Source: Octopus sinensis (taxonomy: Eukaryota). Taken from it: a stretch of DNA of 64,000 bases. Positions within the stretch are counted from its first letter, which is position 1. Each line of letters opens with the position of its first letter. The DNA lies in the NCBI RefSeq assembly GCF_006345805.1, contig NC_043006.1, positions 70,742,001 to 70,806,000 on the forward strand. Reading direction: 5' to 3'. Of the stretch, positions 50,911 to 64,000 are shown one piece after another. Position numbers and translations under genes: made by a program. The notes under the pieces are model-generated. The model searched no databases, was not told the DNA's origin, and worked only from the letters and a program-made list of their open reading frames with translations.

Positions 50911-52899
50911 AAGCAACATTACTGCAAGATAACGTATCATTTATTAATTCGTTTTACAATAAGAATTTTAGTACACATGATAACATCTCATTGAGTTGTG
51001 TCTGCAACAAATTCCGGTTTAAAATGCTTCACATCATTTTACATCACTTACTCCAGTAATATTCGTCAGAAAAGCAAGCATAACTCGACTTCCCATCAAC
51101 TTGGGTGTCTGTAAAATCAAATACCATCATTAAGAGCCTAAATAATTGTAATCTGTTTTGACTATGTTCTGTGGAGCTGTGATGTGTAGCTACGACTACT
51201 TTGAAGTTGAGAGAATTAGACGAGCGGCATACTGAGTTATAAAATCAGTGCCGTTGTTGGGACTCGATCATTTGACCCTTTGATCGATGGTTTGATCTCA
51301 TGACCACTAAGATTTTCGCTGTCGAACTTCGCTTGGAATTAAACTGAGAAGTGCAAGGGAGACAACTCTACTCTGACACAACCACACACTGTTATGTTCT
51401 GTTTAACTTGACGGATTATTATTGAATGGATTCTCATAGGGGAATGAAGAGGGTGTTAATGGGCGGGAGGGGGGATTATGGAGAGTGGTGGGATTACGTA
51501 GACAACTTCTAATTCTTATTTCAAAGTTAGACCTTATGACTAAGACGTACTGTTACTTAATACTTTTTACAAGAGAGAAAGATATCAACATCGCTTTATC
51601 TCATTCGACTTTACACACACTCTTCATCAGCAGTACCTACTTGGTACATCGCGAGATGGCAGAATCTTAGCGCGCCGGACGAAAAGCTTAGCGGTATTTC
51701 GCCCGTCGCTACGTTCTGAGTTCAAATTCCGTCGAGGTTGACTTTGTCTTTCATTTTTTCGGAGTCGATAAATTAAGTACTAGTGAAACACTGGTGTCGA
51801 TGTAATCGATGTATTCCCTCTCCCAAAATGGCTGCTCTTGTGGAAAACCACCATCATTATTATTATTTCATTATTATTATTAAGGGAACGAGCTGGCAGA
51901 GTCGTTAATGCGCCGAACGAAATGTTTAGCAGTATTTCACCCGTCGCTACGTTCTGAGTCCAAATTAATCGACTGCCACCCCCCACCCCCACAAAAAAAT
52001 TTCGGGCCTTGTGCCTAGAGTAGAAAAGGATACTAAGGCATTTAATTAGTGACTTACTGACACAGAATTTGTTGTTCACTGATAGTAGGTTCTCTTTTAC
52101 TTTTGCACAGGAAGTTTAAACAGGATAAACCTATCCTGGTGGTTGAAATGGGCTTATGAAAAATACTGCCTTTATCCTTAGGACATGGTTTAATTTTCAT
52201 TACTTATTTACGGACACATTTCAATGTCATCATGCTTGGAAAAGCAGTAAATCATACTTTTGTGTGAAGTTGGTCTGAATTCTCCAACTTTACGATAGAT
52301 AGAAAAAAAAACTACAAGATTTTATTAAGAGACACAGCAAAGGAGAGGTGACAATCGTCAGAAGCAATTTGTTCAGCTACGTATGTATAGGAACGAATGT
52401 GTTGTTTTCATGAAGACAGCTTTGCTCTGGTGGAGACCAATCTCTCGGGTTATGAGAGTGAGATTCAGTTTAATGCGACTGTAGTCAAGGTACATAACTC
52501 TGCCTCACTCACTGCATTAGATTCTACCTGTCTTTGTTTTGCAAGTTGACTTAAAGAAGGAAATCATCTGGGTGTGTTAATGCGTGTTTATGTTACACAG
52601 ACACCCGGAATGAGAGATTCAATTACTAGACTACTGGCCTCATGGCTTAACTGTGCTTATTCCAGTTTCACCCATTATAGTTCAATCGCTCGCGGTAGTA
52701 ACGAATGATACACATCCATACAAATTTAAAGCTAATTGATTGAATAAATAAAATATCTTACCTTCCACCACCATCAACAGTACCGCTGTTGTAAAGCTCA
52801 AAGCAATTCTAAACAAAATAAATTTCAAATTTTATCGGCCCAGGATTGGCTGTTGTAAGAAGTTTGCTTCCCCAACCACATGGTTCCGGGTTCAGTCCC

Positions 52900-53056
52900 A
52901 CTGGATCTAATCAGTTCGTGCCGGTCTCGAGGCCAATCTTCCCTGGAAGTTTCATCCGAATCCATGCAGCAAATCTTGAGATCTCTTGTCCACGGACAAG
53001 AAAACGAACACTACTGAAAGCAATACCTCCGCCTTAGCTAAGACGGAGGTAATAAA
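52900..53056. mobile_element. Fragment ending in a strong hairpin, resembling a Helentron-associated (HINE/DINE-like) element end
   Basis: Hairpin tacctccg-ccttagctaaga-cggaggta at 53024-53051, preceded by aagtttcatccgaatcc. It interrupts a family B SINE head at 52846-52900. The family assignment is from recalled similarity only. Confidence 0.4.
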
Positions 53057-54708
53057 GATTTCAAATTTTGGCACAAGACCGGCAATTTCAAGGGAAAGGT
53101 AATTCGATTGCATCGACTCCAGTGCTCAACTGGTACTTATTTTATCGACCATGAAAGGATGAAAGGCATAGTCGACCTCGGTAGAATTTGAACTCAGAAT
53201 ATAAGGACGGACGAAATGCCGCTAAGCATTTTGTCTGGTGTGGTAACCATTCCGCTAGCTCGCCGACCCCAATAATAATAATAATTATTATTATTATTAT
53301 TATTATTATTACTAGTAGTAGTAGTAGTGAGTGAGAGAGCAGTGCATGCCATCAAAGTGACACTGGGGTGAAATATCCGAAGCCCAGAATACCCGTCTGA
53401 TAAGGGTACACCAGGCACATGCACCACATTCATATGTGCGTCACATGGTGATCTCATATCAAGATAAACAGCACATGATCTTGCAAGTGGGACCCAGTTA
53501 GAGTTCTCTTCTGCTCGAGTAGCCCATTCCACTCAAAAGGTCCCTGAATAAGGATGTTGAACGAACCACCCACGTTTCCAAACCTCTAAGAATTCCTTTC
53601 AACACACGGCTATGATGCTCCCCCACTACTTCTACTTATGATCAGAGATGCACATATCGTCAGCCACTAAGGGACATGGTCAAACAACTGACAAGTAAAT
53701 CTGTGGTATTGAGCAGAATATTTGCTGTAGCCCATATTTTATACAAAGACAAAACAATGTACATGATAACACTTCCAATCAGTTACGATTAGAAACCACG
53801 AGAGCAACTGTCTGGTCCTGCATCATGGCATTTATTTATTATTATTATTATTATAATTTTCTACTAAGGGCACTAGGCCTGAAATTTTGGGGGAGTGGAC
53901 TAGTCGATTATATCGATTCCTGTACGCAACTGGTACTTAATTTATCGACTCCTAAAGGATGAAAGGCGAAGTCGACCTCGGCAGAATTTGAACTCAGATT
54001 GTTAAGACGAGCGAAATACCGCTACATCAAATATGGTGTTAATTTTGATGATGTTAATGGTTTGAGGATGATAATAATATGATGTGTTATTTATAAATAT
54101 TTAATGTAATACTGGTCCTGTCATATAAATCACCAGTGTGGTGGTCCCAGCGGCAACGTTTTAACAAATATCGAATCAAAGGGACATAACCACCGCCAGT
54201 AACTACTTTCATTTTCTCTCCTATGGTGTTTATTTATGAAAGAAAGGGCGGAGGGGTGGAAATATCCCTACGACCACCCTTCTACTACCACTCTCACTTC
54301 TTTCCTGCACTCGGTTATATCGTAAAATGTCACCCCAACCAAGCCCACCGCAAAAAAAACCATCTCCGGTAAAGATGAAAGTGAAACTGTTGTCAAAACT
54401 TCACGTTACAACACATAACTATTAATAATCCCCGATGAGGTAGCATCAAATGGGATTATCACCAGTGGAGGAGGAGGAGGTGGCGGTGGTGGTAGTAATG
54501 GTGATAATGTACAAGATATGAAGGACCTGCTGGGTGGTATGAGTTGAAACAGTACTGTAGCTGGTGGTGGTGGTGGTGGCGGCGGCAGCAGCAGTAGTAG
54601 TAGTAGTGTTAGTAGTAGTATAGTAGTAGTGTTAGTAGTTGTAGTAGTAGCAGCAGCAGTAGTGACGGACCACCCTGTTGATAGTATTTGAAGGTGATTT
54701 GTATGTGT

Positions 54709-54747
<39 letters not shown>

Positions 54748-55441
54748 TATTGTCTCAGTCATTTGACTGCGGTCATGCTGGAGCAACGCCTTTAGTCGAG
54801 CAAATTAACCCCTGGGCTTATATATACATTCATATCATATAATGTTGTTTGTATAAATATATACATATGTGTGCGTACGAATATGTAACAATGTATGTAT
54901 ATTTATATATGTGCATATATATATACGCACACATGTGTGTATGTGTACATCATTATCATCATTTATCGTTTGCATTCCATTCTGGGACGGATAGGACAGT
55001 TCGACGGTATCCGAGGAACCAGAGGATTGCGTTGCGCTCTCTGCTTTGGTATAGTTGCTATGGCTGGATGCCCTTTCTAAACCCCACCACTTTAAAGAGT
55101 GTGCTAGATACCCTTTTCGTAGCACGGAAACCAGTGAGGTTACCAAAAAAAGTGCAAGGCCCCTGAACTGAGGGTGGTGGCTTTATGCCACGTGTTGAGA
55201 GACTAAAGAATGATAGAGGGACAGGAACCGGTATCTTGTAGTGTAGAGACACATGTGAGAAGTAGATATATACATACATATGCACACATGTATATACGTA
55301 CACACACACACATGTTCATATCTATATAAATTGGTGTATATGCATAAATATGTGCTTATATATGAGTAGGTCATGATCTCGTATACGTATATATAACTAT
55401 ATACCTGCACATACACACATATGTATCTGTATTTGATTATG

Positions 55442-55473
<32 letters not shown>

Positions 55474-58400
55474 CTCTGCAGTACGCAGAAAAAGCAGTGT
55501 ATGTATAAACATAAATACTGCTTTTTCTGCATACAGCAAAGAAAACGGGGAAACCCTCAATATGTGGCTTGGTCAAGCAGCGCGCGCGCTCACACATCAA
55601 ACGTGATAAATCAATGAATCAACGAATCGATGTCAATTACAGTGAACCTACTTCCTGTTAGATACGACTATGTGTCCCTCTGGTGGGGCCAGCAGTCAAG
55701 TATGTCCCCTTCCTCTCTTTATTTAGTCATTGCAGGCTGCTGGTATCACATTCGACTTTCTCTCTCTCTCTCTTTCTTTCTCTCTTTCATTCTCTTTCAC
55801 TGTTTCCCTTTAGATTTGGTCGTGGTTGGAGAAATTTCAGTGAATGATTTGTGATTAGGTGAATGTGTGTGTGTGTTTGTTTGTATTAGTGTATGGTTTA
55901 ACATTTGTTTGTGTGAATGTGTGAGAGTATGGCTTTATTATGTTTTCTTAGCTTTTATAAGTTCCACTCATTGGAGAGCAAGCAATGCCAAAGGCACTAG
56001 TTTCACCGATTTCTACATCATATCAATAATTGATCCCAGCACTTATTTTATTGATTTCTATTCATTGAATGGCTAAGTTACATTCTGACTTAAATGATAC
56101 ACGCTTTGCACTCACACACACGCACATATCTTAAGGGCTTCCAAAATTTCAGTCAAATGCCAGAAGATAAATGTTCTTCACATGACTTTGCACTCACTAC
56201 ATGTGATCAAGGATCGCACATCGTTCCATGCTGTATGTCATCTTTTGGAAAGCCATGAGCCCCACAACAGCCCATTTCTCTATTCCCTTCAAATGCAAGC
56301 TCTTCTTGGGAAAAGGGAGCAAAGAAATCGATATTACCATTTGTTCTACGCATGCGCGTCATAGCTAGGGTTGCGCTTATCTGCACACACGCACGCGCAC
56401 ACATTAAAATGGAGACGTGATGTGGTTGCTCGCTCAACCTGCTAGAAACAGCAGCCAAATTGTATCTTAAATCATACCCTAACGTTTTATAAAGGACAGG
56501 TTGAATAATGTAGTCTGCGGTGAACTATGCCTGAACAAAGGATAGGATGGTGACATTTTGAACAGGAGGGTGTGCTTTGGGGGTTAAATAACAATACAAG
56601 CATACACACTGGGACATCACGCGCATAACATTTGTGCCTACATATACTTACGTACGCCTGCAGGGATCTGCATGTACGTACACTAGGGTATTAACACATG
56701 CACACACTCGCACGTATACTATTCTATACAAAGCTATACATACACACACTAGGACATCAACACGTACTTAGCCATACTAAGACACACACAGACGTATACA
56801 TAGTCTTGTACAAATGTACAAACATGCTCTGTTGGGGACGGACATACATACATACACACATGCATACATTAATGTAGCCCTGAACAGATGACTAGGACAT
56901 AGACGCTTACATGCACACACACACACAACCATTTTTGGTTTTTTTTTTTTGATTCAGTGTAATCATCAGTTGCTTGGCAACCAATTGATGCAGTTTCACC
57001 ACAGATGTCTGTCATCATCATCGCAACTAGTACATGAATATTAAAATCTTAAAATAGCAACAGCATTTGTCCCCTTTTTTAATGACTGACAGTGTCGGGA
57101 GAAAGGGTGAGAGTAGTGGTGATGGGGAATGGATCAAGAGATGGGGCTAGTGGTGTTGTATAGCCCCAGGTCAGCTCTCTTTGAGCAGATCTATGATGAA
57201 AAAGCATTTCGAACTCGACCACCCGGTCTCTTCTTCAGACATAGTCTACCTTGGATCTTATCGTCCAATGCCTCCTTAGACATCTTTAAATAAGGTAGCG
57301 TGAGATTTGACTACTACTTCTAGCAGGTTTAGCAGCCATTTAAAGGCTCCTTTGTTGGTGATGACAGTAGCGGGGTGAGGAATCTGTGGTGGGTGTGACA
57401 GTATACGGTGATGGCGGAGAGTGGAGGGAGAGACCAGGACTTGGTCTTCATGTAATTGTTAAGGGATCGGAGAAGGGGGGGATTAAATTAAGGATTGGGA
57501 GCTGACTGGTGGTAGAACTGGTAATGGTAGGGCACCAGTGGAGAAGGGGGGGGGTTCGCTATTATTATCATCACACATACATATGTATGTGTGTATATGT
57601 ATATATACATATATATGTATGTATGTATGTGTGTATATATATATATATATACACACACACACCGACTGACATTTTCCTTATTTCCTATATATTGTAATTA
57701 TGTTTTCATTGTGACTCTGAGATATAATGGTAGCGATGTTGGGGTGGGTAGGGTGGGGGGGGCTATAGTGGCGATGGGAATGGGTAGGGACTATAGTAGC
57801 GATGGCGGTGGGGCTGCTGCTGTTCTCTCTCTCCATCTCTCTAATGGGGTTGGAATGGTGTTGATGGGAGTGGTGGCAATGGTGGACGAGTAGGGGGTGA
57901 TGCTGTTGTGGTATGGTGTGGCTATTGCCATGGCGGCGGCGATGGTGGTGATGTGGCACTTTGCAATGATTGTTGGCGGTGGGTAAAGAGGATTTTTGGT
58001 AGTGAAGATGGGGGGATGTGGAGGTTGCAGTGATGGTGAAGATAGTGGTGGTGGTGGTGGTGTGAGGAGTTAGATTTCTATCAAGAACACATCACTTTAG
58101 TATTGAAGTCAAGTACTTTGGCTTCCTGGATCAATAACACCGCCACCACCACCACCATCGCTGCCGCCACTGCTGCTATCTTCAACCCTGTTTCCACCAC
58201 TAATAACATCAGCACTGCTGCTGTTGTTGCTGCTGCTGCCAATTCCTCACTGCCTCTCTGCTGTTGCTGTTAATACCATCACCACCACCGCCACCACTGT
58301 CCCATAGACATATTTCCTTTTTTTTTTTTTCCCCCTGTCTAACATCTCTATATTCTCTCTCTCCCTCTTGCTATCGTTTTATCTTTCTATCTATCATTTT

Positions 58401-60989
58401 ATCTCTCTATTTATCTTAGCTCACTCACTATCTCTTTGCATGTGTTCCTAAGTATGTTTCTCTTTATTTGTGTATGTTTGTGACACTGTATTTGTCTGCA
58501 ACTGTGTGTGTATATGTATTTTTGTGTAATCATGTGTTTGCGTATGTGTGTGTGTCCACTTCCCCCGACAACCACTGCCCTGCAAATATATAATCAGCCT
58601 GCAACACTGCCTTGTCCTCCTATGTCAGATGTTATAACCTTCTTACTGTGATTGGAGCCTTATTTGGGGGTTTAGTAGGGTAGTTAGAGACTAGGCAATT
58701 AAATTTGTCTCTAAACCCTAAAAAAAAATTTTAATAACAATTTATAATTTTTGCCGAGATTCCATTGAGTTTGTCAAGTAGAAGCCGAGATGTGTGTAGT
58801 TTTCTATCAAAAGGACCTAGTGAATGACTGATACCTATTTCATTGATACCGCAGTGGAGTGATACATGAATATGAGCTTTGGTGAAATTTGAAACTTTGA
58901 CTAAGAATTGGAAGACATTGTTTTGTGGATGTTAACCATATGCTACAGGCTAGTGAGTGTCAGACTCCACTCCACATACCAGCTGGTGTATGTCAGTGAG
59001 TGTGAAATTTCACTCCACATACCAGCTAGCGTGACAACTAAATGGTTTCTGGTTCACTCCCACTGCATGGCACCTTGGGCAAGTCTCTTCTAGTATTGCT
59101 TCGCATTGACCAACACCTTGTGAGTGGAATTTGGCAGGCGTAAAGTGGACCCAAAGTCATGTATGTGCACATGTGTGTGTGTGTGTGTGTGTTTGTATTT
59201 ATATGTTTCACCATAAATCAGCAAAGAATGTAAAAGTTCTATGAACAACCAGTGTTCTTGGAATGAAGCGCATTAATTCAATAGACTCATCCTTGTCACT
59301 TCTGCCCTCGGAAAAGAACAGCAAACTAGGGGTTAGCAAATTGGAAACCTTTAATAGATGAATGTGTTGTGTTCACTAACTGTGGTCATCGTCATCATTT
59401 AGCATCTGTTTTTCATGCTAGCATGGGTTGGACAGTTCGACAGGAGCTAGCAAGGCCAGGAGCAGCACCAGGTTACATAGTTTGTTTGGCTAGGTTTCTA
59501 CAATTGGATGCCCTCCCTAATGTCAACCATTTTACAGAGTGTACTGGTTGCTTATTATGTGGTACCAGCATCATCAGGGTCACCAAGTGCCTTGCAAGGC
59601 AAAAACCCCTCAACTGGAAGCAGGGAGTTATATTGTGTGGGTGGGCATGACTTTGTGTCAGTTGAGAGATTTAAGGTATAGAAGGGACATACATAGGTGT
59701 CTTACTGTAGAGTAGATACATGGATACCCCAGTTGAAAAGACTAAGGAAGGTGATATTAATTAAATAAACAAGTACTTTGGGGTTGGGAGATAGACACAG
59801 TAGATGTGATGAAAGGTGAATGGGTGAGTTGTGTGAGCATGGTTCAAGAGAATCTACTGTTTGCTGGGTGAGAGAAGCAGAAGCCATTATAGTAGTGATA
59901 GAAGAGACCAAGAGGAAAGGATGAAAATCTGCTGTGGTTGTTATTTAGCTCTAGGCCTGCCCTGATCTTGCAGACCTGTAACCATTTTGCCTTTTGCCTT
60001 TGTACAGGAAACCCAGATAGCATTATCCAGCATGCTCCTTATTTTTAAAGACTGGTGTGATTTAATGGAGATTTGGCTATTGTTTTTAATAATCTCAGTG
60101 ATCCTTGACCATTTTTTGCCTATGGACCTCTTTGACTCCTATTTTATGCAAATGGACCCTCATAGCTATTCTGTTTATATTTTTATGATTAAATATGATT
60201 AGGAATTGTATTAAAAAAATTATTAAAATATTGAGAATTGTAGAAATATAATCAGTTTATTGCTGATAAATTTTAAAAGTAAAATCGTATATGGACTCCC
60301 CCAAGGGTCATATGGACCCTATATAAGAAACACTCATCTACGGGTTCCTCTATTGGCTTCTCAGGCTGTGGTAGTAGAGTGCTGTTAGGTGTGACTTTGT
60401 CAGTCTCTGTCCGTATGTGTAACAGCATTGTAATGTGGCATTACTGGATCCTTGTAGAAAGTCAACACCTGATCAGGGCTGAAAGTTTTTTCTGGCACTC
60501 AAGAGGAAGAAGGCTCATCTTTTTGGATGTAGTTTAGAATGTTTGTCTCTGAGAAACAGCAGCAGCACTGTAAAGACATGTGGTCTGGTCTGTCTGTGTG
60601 TTTAGCAGCAGCAACTATCCCAGACAGTTGAGCAATGCTGTGTAATGTGATGTATACAAGTGTTTAACAGCAGTATGATGTGGATTTGCGAACAGTACCA
60701 TAATGTGGCTTTAGGATGTCTATGTATGTAACAACTGCACTGCTCCGGATATAAGAGCAGTACCATGATGTCATCTAAGATGTTTGTGTTAAAGCACCAT
60801 TAGCCCAGATAGAAAAGCAATATTGTAATATGGTCTACAGTGCTTATATATGTAACAGCAGCACTGTCAAAGATATGGAAGCAGTACTGTAATATGGTTT
60901 ATTATATTTGTATGTGTAACAGCAGCTGTAGCAGCAGCATTGTCCCAGACATGTGATGTAGGTTCCTTCCACCTGTACTTGGTTTAGAT

Positions 60990-61589
60990 CAGGAGTTCCC
61001 AAGCACCAGTCTGCAGACCAGTGCCAGGCCATGAATTATTTGGTACCAGGCCTCATGGGAAGAATAAATTTCTAAATTTTATTTCTGTTTTATTGACTAT
61101 CACAGTTTACTGGGTGTTTTTGCGAGAATATTCTTTGTAAGTCTGGTACTTATTCTATCGTCTCTTTTGCTGAACCGCTAAGTTACGAGGACATAAACAC
61201 ACCAACATTGGTTGTCAAGCGATGTTGGTGAGACAAACACAGACACACAAACATACACACACACACACATACATAAATACACACACACACACTATGAGCC
61301 TCTTTCAGTATCTGTCTACCAAATCTACTCACAAGGCTTTGGTCAGCCCGAGGCTATAGTAAAGACACTTGCCCGAGGTGCCAAGCAGTGGGACTGAACC
61401 CAGAACATTGTGGTTGGTAAGCAAGATACTTATCACACAGTCATGTGATAGATATGCATTATACATTAAGTAATTGAATTACATATTGTACACTTTATTA
61501 TTTTTTGTTATGCATGTGATCTGTCAGTCTGTGGAAAAATTGTTTTGCATGAAACTGGTCTGTGATGCCAAAAAGGTTAGGGAGTGCTG
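60990..61589. mobile_element. hAT-like MITE split by a SINE (~61110-61440)
   Basis: Termini caggagttccc / gggagtgctg, with a degenerate 8-bp TSD gtttagat / ccttagat. Confidence 0.55.
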
Positions 61590-62098
61590 CCTTAGATGAC
61601 GTTTTTGTTTACATTCCAATAAAAGAATCTTCCCAACTGTGCTACTATCTACCATGCTTGTGTATTATCTTGGAGGGAGTGAGCTAATGTACAGTGTAGA
61701 TTAATTCACTAAGAAAATCATTGTGTGGGTTGTTCAACAAGGTACGGAACCCTCGTTTGTCATTTACAACAGGATTCATGTGTGTGTGTGTACCATGGCT
61801 GTGGAGTCGGAGCTGGAAACAATTAAGGGGTAGCTGGAGTCGGAGTTAGTAAAATAGACCACAATCACTTAATTACATAGAGGGGTCAGATTCAAAGTTT
61901 TTTGTTTTGACTACACAACCCTGATATATACAAATGTACATATACAAGTAAGTGTATACATGCAAAAGAAGTTGGAAAAAAATAGTACTCAAATAGCAAA
62001 AGTAGAGTAATATATCATTTATTAAAGCCTCCAAAATCTTCAAACTGTTACTCAGAGTTTCACATTACCATTCATTGGACAGTTGGGATAATACTAAA

Positions 62099-62177
<79 letters not shown>

Positions 62178-62799
62178 TACCTGTGCTGGTGGCACATAAT
62201 AAGCACCATTCAAATGTGGGTCGATGCCAGTGCCACATGACTGGCTCCCTGTGCTGGTGACACATAAAAAGCACCATCCGAACATGGTCAGTGCCTGTCT
62301 TCCCCTGACTCGATCATGTGCCAGTAACACATAAAAAACACCATCCTAATTCGGTTGATACCAGTGCCGCTTGACTGACTCCCATGCTGGTGGCATGTAA
62401 AAAGCACCCAGCTGTAGAAACCTTGCCAGATCAGACTGGTGCTTGGCGTGGCCTACTAGCTTGCCAGTCCCCAGTCAAACCATCCAACCCATACCAGCAT
62501 GGAAACCGAATGTTAAATGATGATGATGATATATAATATCATTTTCACAACCTAGCATGGATTAGACAGATATGTGACTGATACATTGTTTTACAGCCAG
62601 ATGTCTTTCCTGCCACTAATCCTTATTTATTTTGACAAGTAAAGAATATATTATTCCACATGACTGCAAAGGCTCAAAGCTAGTGGATGATCCACTGACA
62701 TAGGAAAGAACAAGAACAGCACCACGTGTGGCTGAGCCATTTTTGGAGAAGCACAAATGTACATGCACACAAACTCACTCTCCCAAATGCACACATAAC

Positions 62800-62833
<34 letters not shown>

Positions 62834-64000
62834 CAATATGTTTATACAGTTTGATTTAAATTACATGACAAAGAACCAGTATTTAGAACTGCATGTGCAT
62901 TCTTAGACATCCAAAGAGAACTTGTATTACTGTTCAAGTTTTCTTTGAATGCTTTCTATAGTTTGAAGATCACAGAGTACATATAGAAAAAAAACTAAAC
63001 AGTTTTGTCCATAAATTATTTAGCAACATCATCTGTCACAAGTTTCATTAATAGTGAAAAGATCTATGATATAAAGAAAGCCTTATAAGCAAATTATATC
63101 AAATCTTCAGAGATTGCATAACTGTAGTAAGTTTTATTGTTTGTAGTTGACTCCAGACAGTTTTGATAGCAATGACATAATGACTGTAGTTATGGTTATT
63201 GATTTCATAACACTGTCTAGAGTCCAACATAAATATTAAAAATTACTCATGGGAGTTACAGTCTCTGAAGATTTGATAATATAATCTGCTTATGTAATGG
63301 ATATTTTCTTTATTATTAATGAAATACTTGGAAGATGATCTAAATAATTTATGAACAAAGAACAAACTCTCCTATACACACACAAACGCATACATACACA
63401 CACATACATACACACAACAGACTTCTTTCAATTATTCACAATGGAACCAAACCCAAAACCATGTGGTTGGGAAGTGAACTTCTTAACTACAGCCATGCTG
63501 GGGTGGGGTGTCCTCTAACCAGAGACATGGTCCAAATGAATGCAACAGAGTAGACTTTCCTAAAGACCTTGAAGGTGCAGGATGGTGCTGGCAGTGCTGC
63601 TTCTGGTGGAGTTAAACCAACTGAGGGATTAAGTCTACAACTCAGAGAGGACAAAGAACCAGGTTTAATACCACAAAGTTGACATTCTTTCAGGTCACCC
63701 AACTCCAGTGCCTTTGGTTGGGTTGAATTGGTATTTTCTTTATCAATCTCAAAAGATGAAAGGCAAAGTTGATGTCAGCAAAATTTGCATGTTACACTTC
63801 CCTGTAGCTTGAGGGTCTGGCTCAACACATCTTCTGCACCATCGTCTTACTTTCTCTCCTCTCTCTTTTTTCCAACTGGGGTGGTCATATATCTCCTTTT
63901 ACTGCAAGCAGGGTTGTGGAGTCAAAACAAAAAAAACTTTGACTCTGACTCATCTTTATGTAATTCATTGATTCTGGTCTACATATCTCATAAAATATAT

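Larger units (their letters stand above)
50400..58200. promoter_or_regulatory. CpG-retaining zone, candidate unmethylated intronic promoter/enhancer
   Basis: Both unique sequence and SINE copies here keep CpGs (e.g. gcgcgcgcgc ~55580, tcgcgagatggc...gcgcgccggacg ~51650). Much of the rest of the window shows TpG/CpA decay. This is a qualitative reading and was not computed. Confidence 0.4.

Overview
Repeat-saturated animal genomic DNA, most likely an octopus/cephalopod. This is inferred from the tRNA-headed SINE families, RTE/CR1 LINE fragments and very dense (CA)n/(TA)n/(TAA)n/(CAT)n microsatellites. The only well-supported host coding sequence is one 467-nt exon (42720-43186, +) encoding the N-terminal part of an MRL-family adaptor (RAPH1/lamellipodin, RIAM, Drosophila Pico, C. 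elegans MIG-10), so most of the window is probably intron or upstream sequence. Nearly all other ORFs in the track are microsatellite or transposon artefacts. The standout feature is a CpG-intact block at about 20.3-23.1 kb, bounded by (TA)n runs, that carries type I hammerhead ribozymes (HHRs). One complete HHR lies on the + strand (20454-20546) in a ~200-bp element. Next to it is a tandem array of ~592-bp non-coding monomers (3.8 copies plus an inverted partial copy), each with a second, different HHR on the - strand. Both ribozymes have a minimal palindromic stem III and an unusually long stem II, which fits a retrozyme or Penelope-like-element system. Two further degenerate HHR-like repeats lie at about 36.8-37.1 kb and 41.7 kb. 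Other notable items: a decayed mariner with a three-level nested insertion (18.4-20.2 kb), a young CR1-clade LINE fragment with an open RT frame, piggyBac-like and hAT-like MITEs, local duplications at 46.7-49.3 kb, and a CpG-retaining zone at about 50.4-58 kb that may be an intronic promoter.
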